Shown in pieces: positions 1 to 8,274 of a stretch of DNA of 53,933 nt; position 1 is the stretch's first letter; each line of letters begins with the position of its first letter. The stretch is taken from the NCBI GenBank assembly GCA_046735235.1, contig JBKPSY010000039.1, positions 1 to 53,933 on the forward strand. Direction: 5' to 3'. The notes under the pieces were generated by a model. That model was not told the origin of the DNA. It made no database searches and worked only from the letters and a program-made list of their open reading frames with translations. A program made the position numbers and the translations under genes. The stretch comes from Acidobacteriota bacterium (GTDB lineage: Bacteria; Acidobacteriota; Vicinamibacteria; Vicinamibacterales; JAENWD01).

Positions 1-591
1 GGCCCCGTGAACATGATGGCCATCGAGCAATTCGACGAGCTCGAGACGCGCCACGTGTTCCTGACGACGCAGCGTGCCGACCTGGTGCAGTCGATTTCGG
101 CCACCAACGAGGCGATCGCCCGCATCGACGAGACGTCGAAAGTGCGCTTCAAGGAAGCCTTCGACGCAATCAACCTGAACTTCCAGAAGACGTTCTCGAC
201 GCTGTTCGGCGGCGGCCGCGCGGGCATCACCCTGCTGGACGACACCGATCCGCTCGAGAGCGGCATCGACATCGTCGCGAGCCCTCCGGGCAAGCGGCTT
301 CAGAGCGTGCAGCTGCTCTCGGGAGGCGAGAAGGCGCTGACGGCGATCTCACTGATGTTCGCGATCTTCGAGTACAATCCGAGCCCGTTCTGCCTGCTCG
401 ACGAGATCGACGCACCGCTCGACGACGCCAACATCGGGAGGTTCGTCGAGATGCTGAAGGGGATGCTGCGCCACACGCAGTTCATCCTCATCACGCACAA
501 CCGGAAGACCATGGAAATCGCGGACCGCCTCTACGGGGTCACGATGGAGGAGCCGGGGGTCTCGCGCCTGATTTCAGTGCGCCTGAACTGA
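1..591 (+). CDS. smc: chromosome segregation protein SMC, C-terminal end (5' part lies outside the window)
   Basis: ORF is open to the window edge. ABC signature LSGGEKALTAISL, Walker B FCLLDEIDAPLD and ILITHN H-loop are typical of the SMC C-terminal head. Confidence 0.9.
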   Translation, partial: GPVNMMAIEQFDELETRHVFLTTQRADLVQSISATNEAIARIDETSKVRFKEAFDAINLNFQKTFSTLFGGGRAGITLLDDTDPLESGIDIVASPPGKRLQSVQLLSGGEKALTAISLMFAIFEYNPSPFCLLDEIDAPLDDANIGRFVEMLKGMLRHTQFILITHNRKTMEIADRLYGVTMEEPGVSRLISVRLN

Positions 592-600
592 GGCTCGCCG

Positions 601-628
601 CGGGTTCGGGATTGCCGGTTGCGGGTTG
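601..628. repeat. four tandem heptamers CGGGTTC GGGATTG CCGGTTG CGGGTTG just after the smc stop
   Basis: The 7-nt periodicity is read directly. 612-624 can pair with 646-658 (13 bp including one G-U), so it may also act as a terminator-like stem. Confidence 0.5.
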
Positions 629-714
629 AACACCGCCGAGGAAGTCCGCAGCCGGCAACCAGCAGCCGTGAAACCCGGCCCGCCCGTCCGGCGTATCATC
701 CCCTGGAGGGATTC

Positions 715-1524
715 ATGAGACGCCTGTTCCTCAACACGGCGCTGGCCGCCGCCTTGTGCCTGTCGGCCAGCGGGGCCGCGGCCTGCGACATCAGCATCGG
801 CGACACCGGCTTCAACATCGGGATGGCCACCAACAAGGCCACCGAGACGTGGACGCGGAGCTACGCCGTCTCGGCCGGCGGGACCTTCGAAGTCGAGAAC
901 ACCAACGGCCTGGTCGAAGTGCTCCAGGGCACCGGCCCGAAGGTCGAGGTATCGGCCGAAAAGATCGCCAAGGCCTCGAGCGACGAGGCGGCCAAGGACC
1001 TGCTGACCAAGATCGAGATCGTCGAAACCGTGAAACCCGAGTCGGTGCGGCTCGTGACGAAGACGCCGAAGTCGTTCGGGTCTGGCGGCGCCGAAGTGAA
1101 GTACACGATCAAGGTGCCTGCCGGGCTCCGCGTTCGCGCGGGGACCACCAACGGCGGGATCAAGCTGACGGGCATCTCGAACGACGTCGAGGCGTCGACC
1201 ACCAACGGCGGCGTAAACGGCGAGGACCTGAGCGGCACCATCGACGCGTCCACGACGAACGGCGGCGTGCACCTGGCGCTGTTGAAGCTCGGCTCCGGAG
1301 GCCTGAAGGCCGAGACGACCAACGGCGGCGTCAGCGTCGTGGTGCCGACCGACACGAAGGCGAACATCTCGGCGCACGTCACCAACGGCGGACTCGGTGT
1401 CGAGAACCTGAACGTCGTGAGCACCGAGCAGAACCGGCGGCATCTGGAAGGAACGCTGAACGGCGGGGGCCCGTCGATCGAGCTGGGCACGACCAACGGC
1501 GGCATCAGCCTGAAGGGGAAGTGA
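715..1524 (+). CDS. DUF4097-type beta-strand repeat protein (secreted, putative adhesin-like / LiaG-like)
   Basis: ATG 715 is preceded by GGAGGG. Signal peptide MRRLFLNTALAAALCLSASGAAA, then about seven TTNGG[IV]-type repeats. The ORF-track start at 619 is an upstream extension. Confidence 0.8.
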   Translation: MRRLFLNTALAAALCLSASGAAACDISIGDTGFNIGMATNKATETWTRSYAVSAGGTFEVENTNGLVEVLQGTGPKVEVSAEKIAKASSDEAAKDLLTKIEIVETVKPESVRLVTKTPKSFGSGGAEVKYTIKVPAGLRVRAGTTNGGIKLTGISNDVEASTTNGGVNGEDLSGTIDASTTNGGVHLALLKLGSGGLKAETTNGGVSVVVPTDTKANISAHVTNGGLGVENLNVVSTEQNRRHLEGTLNGGGPSIELGTTNGGISLKGK

Positions 1525-2627
1525 CCGAAGACAAGGCCGCCCGTTACCATCGGCTGAAGCGTCGCGCCGACATCGCCGGCCTCCTCTGGGGCGCGGCGCT
1601 TCTCCTCCTGCTGTCTTTCTCTGGCGCGGCTCGCGGCTTGCGGGATCTGGCGCGCGGCGCGACCGGCGGAGAGCTCTACGCCACCGTCGCGGTCGTCGTG
1701 CTCGCGATCGTCCTGCTGCACGAGATCCTCGCGCTCCCGCTCGAGTGGTACAGCGGTTTCGTGCTCGAGCGCCGCTACGACCTTTCACGTCAGACGCCTG
1801 GCGCCTGGGCACTCGATCACGTCAAGGGCACCGTGCTCAGTGCCTGCCTGACCATCGCCGGCGCGCTCATCGTGTATGCCGCCATGGCGCACGCGCCTGC
1901 GGTGTGGTGGCTCGTGTCGGGCACCGTGTTCGCCTTCCTGTTCGTCGGCCTCGCCAATCTCGCGCCGGTGTTGCTGCTGCCCATCTTCTTCACGTTCAAG
2001 CCACTCGAGCGCGACGCGCTGCGCGGACGTCTCGAGCAGCTCGCCGCGCGTGCCGGCACGCGCATCGTCGGCGTGTACGAGTGGGCGCTCGGCACGCGAA
2101 CGCGAAAGGCGAACGCTGCCCTGGCGGGCCTCGGCAACACGCGCCGCATCCTCGTCTCGGATACGATGCTGGACCAGTATTCGGATGACGAGATCGAGGT
2201 GGTCCTGGCGCACGAGCTCGGCCATCACGTGCACCATGACATCTGGCGGGGCCTGGCGCTCGAAATCGGGCTGATTCTGCTCGGGTGCTTCGCCGCGGAC
2301 TGGGGCCTCAAACGACTGGGGCCGCTGGTGGGCCTCGAGGGTCTCGCCGATCCGGCGGGGGTGCCGCTCGTCGCGGCCGCGGCCGGCGCGGTCTCGCTCG
2401 TCCTGCTGCCGTTCGGGCTCGCGCTGTCGCGGCGTCACGAGCGCCGCGCGGATCGCTTCGCCCTGGATCTCACGAAGAACCCCAACGCGTTCGTCACCGC
2501 GATGCGCCGCCTCGGCGCGCAGAACCTCGCCGAAGAGCAGCCGTCGCGGATCGTCCAGTGGCTGTTCCACAGCCATCCGCCGCTGGAGGAGAGACTGGCC
2601 GCGGCGCGGGCGTGGCGGGATGAATAG
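1521..2627 (+). CDS. M48 family zinc metallopeptidase (Ste24/HtpX-like), integral membrane
   Basis: GTG 1521 overlaps the upstream stop (GTGA). Several TM helices and the HELGHH zinc motif are present. The 623-aa track ORF 756..2627 is this gene plus an out-of-frame run across the DUF4097 gene. Confidence 0.85.
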   Translation: MTEDKAARYHRLKRRADIAGLLWGAALLLLLSFSGAARGLRDLARGATGGELYATVAVVVLAIVLLHEILALPLEWYSGFVLERRYDLSRQTPGAWALDHVKGTVLSACLTIAGALIVYAAMAHAPAVWWLVSGTVFAFLFVGLANLAPVLLLPIFFTFKPLERDALRGRLEQLAARAGTRIVGVYEWALGTRTRKANAALAGLGNTRRILVSDTMLDQYSDDEIEVVLAHELGHHVHHDIWRGLALEIGLILLGCFAADWGLKRLGPLVGLEGLADPAGVPLVAAAAGAVSLVLLPFGLALSRRHERRADRFALDLTKNPNAFVTAMRRLGAQNLAEEQPSRIVQWLFHSHPPLEERLAAARAWRDE

Positions 2628-2716
2628 CGAATACGGAATAGGAAGAAAGCCGGCGCGCGGAATCGCATGACTCCGCCTTCCGTTTCCCCCTTCGCTATTC
2701 GCGATTCCCTGTTCCC
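2622..2716. repeat. AT-richer heptamer arrays in inverted orientation between convergent genes
   Basis: Left arm is GAATAGC GAATACG GAATAGG AAGAAAG. The right arm read on the minus strand is AGGGAAC AGGGAAT CGCGAAT AGCGAAG GGGGAAA CGGAAGG. There is a perfect 10-bp inverted repeat, GAATAGCGAA (2622-2631) / TTCGCTATTC (2691-2700). Confidence 0.6.
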
Positions 2717-3105
2717 TATTTCGGATGGACGATCAGCTCGCCCTGCATTTCCTTGCAGCGCTCGTCCTGCTTCAAGTTGCAGTAGAACCGGAACGTGCCG
2801 GGGCGATCGGCCCGGAACTCGAACGTGACCGCCTGGTGGGCGCCGGCGCGCTTCGCGATGCGGTACTCGTCGATCGTGAAGCTGTGGGCGATGTCGGACG
2901 CGGAGAGCGTGATTTTCACGAGGTCGTTCTGATCGACCTCGAGCTTCGGCGGGGAGAACTGATACTTGCTCGCCGCGATCGCGAACGCGCGCTGCGGCTG
3001 CGTGGCGTCCTGCGCGAAGTCGGGCCATGCCGTCACGAGGAGCGCCCCGAGAGCCAGCAGCGCCCCGCCAGCCACCAGGCGGCCGGATCGTGGATTCCGC
3101 GTCAT
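2716..3105 (-). CDS. cupredoxin-fold protein, secreted
   Basis: ATG preceded by GGGAGG. Signal peptide, then a cupredoxin-like pattern (IAHSF ... PGTFRFYCN ... CKEMQGELIV). Confidence 0.7.
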   Translation of the reverse strand: MTRNPRSGRLVAGGALLALGALLVTAWPDFAQDATQPQRAFAIAASKYQFSPPKLEVDQNDLVKITLSASDIAHSFTIDEYRIAKRAGAHQAVTFEFRADRPGTFRFYCNLKQDERCKEMQGELIVHPK

Positions 3106-3240
3106 GACCTGCCTCCCGCCCCTTGAGACGCCAGCCGCCCCGGAGCGGCCGGGGAACGCTGCGTTGATCTTATCGTGACGAGGCGGGAAGGCGAGTAGTG
3201 CGGGCGAGACTGACGTCCCGCCCCATGCGTCGCAGTGAAA

Positions 3241-5406
3241 TCAGTGGCGGCGATGGTCGTCGCGCCGCGGCCGGTCTCCGCCTTCGCCTGCGGGAGCGCC
3301 GGTCGGGGCCGGTTCTCCCGGCTGCCCTTCGTTGAGGAGCGCCTTACGGCTGAGCCGGATCTTGCCGGTGGGGTCGATGTTGATGACCTTCACCATCACC
3401 TGCTCGCCTTCTTTCAGCTCGTCGCGGACGTCCTTCACACGGTGGTTCGCGATCTCGGAGACGTGCAGCAAGCCGTCGGTGCCCGGCATGATCTCGACGA
3501 AGGCGCCGAAATCCGTGATCCGCTGCACTTTGCCGACGTAGGTCTTGTTCAGCTCCGGTGTGGCGGTCAGTTCCTGGATGATCCCGATCGCTTTCTGCGC
3601 CGCAGCCTCGTCGGCCGACGCGACGTTCACGCGGCCGTCGTCTTCCACGTCGATCTTGACGCCCGTGCGCTCGATGATCGACCGGATCATCTTGCCGCCC
3701 GGCCCGATGACGTCGCGGATCTTGTCGACCGGGATTTTGATCGTCACGATCCGCGGAGCGATCGGCGACACGCTGGTACGCGACTCGCCGAGCGTCTCGG
3801 CCATCTTGCCGAGGATGTGCATCCGGCCCGCGCGCGCCTGCTCGAGCGCCTCGCGCATGATGTCAGCCGTGATGCCGGTGACCTTGATGTCCATCTGCAG
3901 CGCGGTGATGCCCTGCGCCGTGCCGGCCACCTTGAAGTCCATGTCGCCGTAGTGATCTTCGGCGCCCGCGATGTCGCTGAGGATCGCGTACTTGCCCGAG
4001 GCCTCATCCATGATGAGCCCCATGGCGATGCCCGCGACCGGTGAGCTGATCGGGACGCCGGCGTCCATCATCGACATCGACCCGCCGCAGACCGATGCCA
4101 TCGACGAGCTGCCGTTGCTCTCGAGGATGTCCGACACCAGGCGGATCGTGTACGGGAACTTCTCCTCGGGCGGAACGACCGGCGTGAGCGCGCGCTCGGC
4201 GAGGGCGCCGTGTCCCACTTCCCGGCGGCCCGGACCGCGCATGAACTGCACTTCGCCGACCGAGAACGGCGGGAAGTTGTAGTGCAGCATGAAGCGCTTG
4301 TAGTACTCGCCGTCCACGTGCTCGATCTTCTGCTGGTCGTCGGCGGTGCCGAGCGTGCAGGTGACGAGCGCCTGCGTTTCGCCGCGCGTGAACACGACCG
4401 AGCCATGGGTGCGGGGCAACACGCCGGTCTCCGACCAGATCGGCCGGATCTCGTCGAACTTGCGGCCGTCGAGACGTACGCGACGCTCGAGCACCTCGTC
4501 GCGCAGCACTTTCTCCTTCAGGCCCTTGAAGATGCTCTTCGCGTCGGCCTTGCGCGCGGGCTCGGCCTCCGCGTAGCCCGCGAGGAACTCTTCCTGCACC
4601 TTGTCGACGCGGGCGTAGTTCTCGAGCTTGTCGCGCAGGCGCATCGCCTCGGTCAACGGCGCCAACGCCTTCTGCTCGACCTCGCGCGCGAGATCAGCGT
4701 CCACGTCCTTCACCACGACCTGGCGCTTGGGCTTGCCTGCGTCCTTCGCGAGCGCATCGATGGTGGCGACAATCTTCTTGATCGCGGCGTGGCCCGCTTC
4801 GAGCGCCCTGGCGACCTGTTCCTCGGGCACTTCCTTCGCGCCAGCCTCCACCATCACCAGGCCGTCCTTGCTGCCGGCGAGGATGATGTCGACCGCGCTC
4901 CGCTTGCGCTGGTCGTAGGTGGGGTTGATGACGTACTCGCCGTCCACCAGGCCGACGCGCACGCCCGCGATGGTTGTGTGGAACGGGATTTCCGAGAGCG
5001 CGAGCGCTGCCGAGGCGCCGGTGATCGACAGCACGTCGGGGTCGTTCTCCTTGTCGGCCGAGAGCACCAGCGCGATGATCTGCGTCTCGTGGCGCCAGCC
5101 GGAGGGGAACAACGGCCGAATGGGCCGGTCGATCATGCGCGAGGTGAGGACTTCCTTGTCCGCCATCTTGCCTTCGCGCTTGAAGAAGCCGCCGGGAATG
5201 CGTCCCGAGGCGTACGCATACTCGCGGTAGTCAACCGTCAGCGGCAGGAAGTCGATGTTCTCGCGCGGGCTCGCCGCACGGCACGCCGTGACGAGCACCA
5301 CCGAGTCGCCGAAGCGGACAATAACGGAACCGTCGGCCTGCTTGGCCAGCTTGCCGGTCTCGAATGAAAGGGTCTTGGAGCCGATCTGGAGTTCGCGCGT
5401 GTGCAT
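3241..5406 (-). CDS. pnp: polyribonucleotide nucleotidyltransferase (PNPase)
   Basis: 721 aa. Two RNase PH-like domains plus KH and S1 regions, N-terminus MHTRELQIGSKTLSFETGKLAKQADGSV, and a position downstream of rpsO. Confidence 0.97.
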   Translation of the reverse strand: MHTRELQIGSKTLSFETGKLAKQADGSVIVRFGDSVVLVTACRAASPRENIDFLPLTVDYREYAYASGRIPGGFFKREGKMADKEVLTSRMIDRPIRPLFPSGWRHETQIIALVLSADKENDPDVLSITGASAALALSEIPFHTTIAGVRVGLVDGEYVINPTYDQRKRSAVDIILAGSKDGLVMVEAGAKEVPEEQVARALEAGHAAIKKIVATIDALAKDAGKPKRQVVVKDVDADLAREVEQKALAPLTEAMRLRDKLENYARVDKVQEEFLAGYAEAEPARKADAKSIFKGLKEKVLRDEVLERRVRLDGRKFDEIRPIWSETGVLPRTHGSVVFTRGETQALVTCTLGTADDQQKIEHVDGEYYKRFMLHYNFPPFSVGEVQFMRGPGRREVGHGALAERALTPVVPPEEKFPYTIRLVSDILESNGSSSMASVCGGSMSMMDAGVPISSPVAGIAMGLIMDEASGKYAILSDIAGAEDHYGDMDFKVAGTAQGITALQMDIKVTGITADIMREALEQARAGRMHILGKMAETLGESRTSVSPIAPRIVTIKIPVDKIRDVIGPGGKMIRSIIERTGVKIDVEDDGRVNVASADEAAAQKAIGIIQELTATPELNKTYVGKVQRITDFGAFVEIMPGTDGLLHVSEIANHRVKDVRDELKEGEQVMVKVINIDPTGKIRLSRKALLNEGQPGEPAPTGAPAGEGGDRPRRDDHRRH

Positions 5407-5575
5407 AGGAGCCTGGTCCGCCGGGTATGCCGGTATGTCTGTTCTGTCGGGTCTGCCGAGTCTCTCAGGTCAAAAAGGTCGCTCGGGTCGCTTGGTCGAA
5501 GGGGTTTTGGCCAGGGTGGTCGGTCGCTCCGACCGGCCTGTCGCCCTGTCCGACGTGCGCGACCTGGCGGACCTG

Positions 5576-5845
5576 TTACTTCCGGATCCCGAGCTTGCGG
5601 ATGAGCTCTGCGTAGCGCTCCGCATCCTTCTGCTTCAGGTAGTCGAGCAGGCGTCGGCGCTGCCCGACCAGCTTCAGCAGGCCGCGGCGCGAGTGGTGAT
5701 CTTTCGCGTGGGTCTTGAAGTGCTCGGTCAGGTAGTTGATGCGCTCGCTCAGGATGGCTACCTGCACTTCCGGTGAGCCGGTATCGGACTCGTGGGTGCG
5801 GTAGGACCCAATAACTTCCGTCTTGCGATCCTTCGTCAAGGCCAA
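5576..5845 (-). CDS. rpsO: 30S ribosomal protein S15
   Basis: 89 aa, (M)[43 protein letters not shown]. Inferred TTG start at 5845 with GGAGGA 6-7 nt upstream. The 226-aa track ORF is an artefactual upstream extension. Confidence 0.9.
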   Translation of the reverse strand: MALTKDRKTEVIGSYRTHESDTGSPEVQVAILSERINYLTEHFKTHAKDHHSRRGLLKLVGQRRRLLDYLKQKDAERYAELIRKLGIRK

Positions 5846-5922
5846 TTCGCTGTCCTCCACGTACGCCCCAGTCGTGACCAGGTCGCCGTAAGCCGTTTCT
5901 GCACAATCAGAAACACCACAGT

Positions 5923-6834
5923 TTACATCAACACCACGACCGGGTGCAAAAAACCGCCGCGGTTTTCGCCTACAGCCATCAGGTTCCCCGATGAGTCGAC
6001 CAGGCGGCAGTGCGGGGGACCTGCGGGGACCGGCCCAGCCAGATGGGCCGGCGCCAGTTCTCGCCCGTGCTTCAGGCGGTCCAGCCCGTCCGGTGCGACC
6101 GTCGCGATCGGCAGGTCCGGCAGCAGGGCCGCCATTGGCCGGAGATGGGCCCTCACCACCTCGGGCGAGGTCGCCAGCATCTCCGCCGACACCGCGCCGT
6201 CCAGGGAGAAACTGCCGCTGCGGGTCCGCCGAAGACTTGTCAGGTGCGCGCCGCATCCGAGGATTTGCCCCAGGTCGTGGGCCAGCGATCGGACGTAGAA
6301 CCCGGCCGACGCGGTCACGCGAACCCGCGCCTCCGACCCGCGGTAGCCGAGCAGCTCCAGGTCGTGGACGGTCACGTCCACCGGCTCGAGCGCCACCGCC
6401 ACGTCGGCGCGAGCCAACTCGTAGGCCCGTTTGCCGCCGACGTGCTTGGCTGACACCGCCGGGGGCGCCTGGCGGATGTCGCCACGGAACGTGATGAGTG
6501 CCGCCTCGACTTGCGCGGGATCGATCGGTGCGGCGCTGATCGCGCCAACGGGCGTCCCCTGGGCGTCGTAGGTGGACGTTGCAAACCCGAACCGCACCGT
6601 CGCTTCGTAGGTCTTCCGGTCGGCGCCGAGGAACTGTGCGAGGCGCGTGGCCCGTCCGACAAGGAGCGGAAGCACTCCGGTCGCCAGCGGGTCGAGCGTG
6701 CCGGTGTGCCCGATGCGCGACTGCGTCAGCGCGCGCCGCGCCATCGCGACGATGTCGTGCGAGGTGATGCCGGCCGGCTTGTCGACGACGAGCCCGCCGT
6801 CCGGACCGTCAGGATTGGCGGCCCGTCGCGTCAT
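5923..6834 (-). CDS. truB: tRNA pseudouridine(55) synthase
   Basis: [11 protein letters not shown] and [12 protein letters not shown] motifs. ATG 6834 overlaps the nrnA stop (ATGA). Confidence 0.92.
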   Translation of the reverse strand: MTRRAANPDGPDGGLVVDKPAGITSHDIVAMARRALTQSRIGHTGTLDPLATGVLPLLVGRATRLAQFLGADRKTYEATVRFGFATSTYDAQGTPVGAISAAPIDPAQVEAALITFRGDIRQAPPAVSAKHVGGKRAYELARADVAVALEPVDVTVHDLELLGYRGSEARVRVTASAGFYVRSLAHDLGQILGCGAHLTSLRRTRSGSFSLDGAVSAEMLATSPEVVRAHLRPMAALLPDLPIATVAPDGLDRLKHGRELAPAHLAGPVPAGPPHCRLVDSSGNLMAVGENRGGFLHPVVVLM

Positions 6835-7835
6835 ACGACCGGCGGCGCGTCGGTGTCGACGCCGGCGCCGGGCGCCATGGCCGGCGCCATCGCGGCCAGC
6901 AGCGATGCGCGCGCCGTCAGGTAGTCGCCTTCGATCGCGCACCCCGACGCGTTCTTGTGCCCGCCCCCGCCGAACTGCTTCGCGACCGCAGCGACGTCGA
7001 TGGCGCCCTTCGACCGCAGACTCACGCGAAAGAGCGTCGGTCCGAGCTCCTTGAAGAACGCCGACGCGCGGATCTCCTTCACCGTGAGCGGCAGGTTGAT
7101 CAACCCGTCGGTGTCGTCGTACGTGCCGCCGGCCTTCGAGACCATGGCTTCGTCCACGCGCATCAGCGCGAGACGGCCCTCGAGCTCGAGCTCAATCGCG
7201 CTCAGCACCGCGCCGAACAGGCGAAGCCGGCCGAGCGTGTTGCTGTCGAACACGGCACGCGCGACGCGCGGCGGATCGACCCCAGCCTCGACGAGCGCAC
7301 GGCAGATGTCGAACGTCCGCGCCGAGATCGAGGAATAGTGGAACGATCCGGTGTCCGTCAGGATGCCGACGTAGATATGCGTCGCGATCGCCGGCGTCAG
7401 CGTCACGCCGAGCGCGACGGTGAGGTCGTACACCATCTCCGCGCACGCGGCCGCCGACGCGTCGAACCAGTTCAGTGCGCCGTAGTTCGTGTTGCCCTGA
7501 TGGTGATCGACGTTGATGACGAAGGAACGATCGAAGCCGGCGACGCCCGTGCGATCGAGGGAGCTGCACTCCATGATGATCGCCGCGTCGTACGCCTCAT
7601 CGACCGCCTCCGCGACACGGATCCGATCGGTCCCCGGGAACGCCGTCAGCGGTCCCGGCACCGGGTCGCGATTCACGAGCGCGACCTCCTTGCCGAGCGA
7701 CTCGAGCGCCAGCGCCATCGCCATCTGGCTGCCGATGGCGTCGCCATCGGGCCGAGCGTGCGAGCTCAGGACGAACCGCTGGCGCGTCCGGATCGCGGCG
7801 ACGATCGCCGCAATCGCCTGCTCTCGCTCACTCAT
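6831..7835 (-). CDS. nrnA: DHH/DHHA1 phosphoesterase, NrnA-like oligoribonuclease / pAp phosphatase
   Basis: SHARPDGDAIGS, VDHHQGN (DHH) and GGGGHKNASG (DHHA1) motifs. ATG 7835 (MSEREQ) overlaps the rbfA 3' end by 8 nt. Confidence 0.85.
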   Translation of the reverse strand: MSEREQAIAAIVAAIRTRQRFVLSSHARPDGDAIGSQMAMALALESLGKEVALVNRDPVPGPLTAFPGTDRIRVAEAVDEAYDAAIIMECSSLDRTGVAGFDRSFVINVDHHQGNTNYGALNWFDASAAACAEMVYDLTVALGVTLTPAIATHIYVGILTDTGSFHYSSISARTFDICRALVEAGVDPPRVARAVFDSNTLGRLRLFGAVLSAIELELEGRLALMRVDEAMVSKAGGTYDDTDGLINLPLTVKEIRASAFFKELGPTLFRVSLRSKGAIDVAAVAKQFGGGGHKNASGCAIEGDYLTARASLLAAMAPAMAPGAGVDTDAPPVV

Positions 7836-8229
7836 GGTCACCCGGATGTCCGGGCGCGCCGTCCGGGCCGGCCTCAGCGGCTCGTTCGGCGTCGTCCCGC
7901 TTGATTTGCTCGAGCAGCTCTTCGACACGCGCCTGGTGCGCGACCGATTCGTCGAACTGGAAGGCGAGCTCGGGCACGCGCCGCAGATTGAGTCGCATGG
8001 CCAGCGCGCGGCGGATGAAGGGCAGCGCGCGATCGAGCGCACGCGCGGCTTTCTTCCGTTGGGCCGGATCGCCGAGGGTGGTGTAGTAGACGCGCGCCTG
8101 CTGCAGGTCGGGCGCGACCTTCACGCGCGTCAGCGTCAGAAAGCCGATGCCCGGATCGCGCACGTCACGGGCCAGGATGTCGCTGACTTCCTGCCGGATC
8201 TGCTCGGCGAGCTTGATAGTGCGTGACAC
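7828..8229 (-). CDS. rbfA: ribosome-binding factor A
   Basis: MSRTIKLAEQIRQEVSDILARDVRDPGIGFLTLTRVKVAPDLQQARVYY is a typical RbfA sequence. GTG start; position after infB. Confidence 0.9.
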   Translation of the reverse strand: MSRTIKLAEQIRQEVSDILARDVRDPGIGFLTLTRVKVAPDLQQARVYYTTLGDPAQRKKAARALDRALPFIRRALAMRLNLRRVPELAFQFDESVAHQARVEELLEQIKRDDAERAAEAGPDGAPGHPGDHE

Positions 8230-8236
8230 CTGGCCC

Positions 8237-8274
8237 CTGACTTCGGACTCCGGACTCCAGCCGTCGGACTCCGG
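8237..8274. repeat. heptamer array CTGACTT CGGACTC CGGACTC CAGCCGT CGGACTC filling the infB-rbfA spacer
   Basis: Read directly. On the coding (minus) strand the units are GGAGTCC-type. Confidence 0.7.

Noticed and set aside
756-2627. 623-aa ORF that would fuse an Arg-rich N-terminus to the M48 peptidase
   Set aside because: The first approximately 255 codons run out of frame across the well-supported DUF4097 gene and encode low-complexity Arg/Gly-rich sequence. A GTG at 1521 coupled to the upstream stop gives a normal-length M48 protein.
5895-5970. Small hairpins near the truB 3' end (GTTTCTG-N6-CAGAAAC at 5895-5914; AAAACC-GCGGC-GGTTTT at about 5947-5963) as a truB terminator or an S15 autoregulatory structure
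   Set aside because: The stems are short and AT-rich. One lies inside truB coding sequence, and neither is followed by a convincing U tract. I cannot support a call without transcript data.
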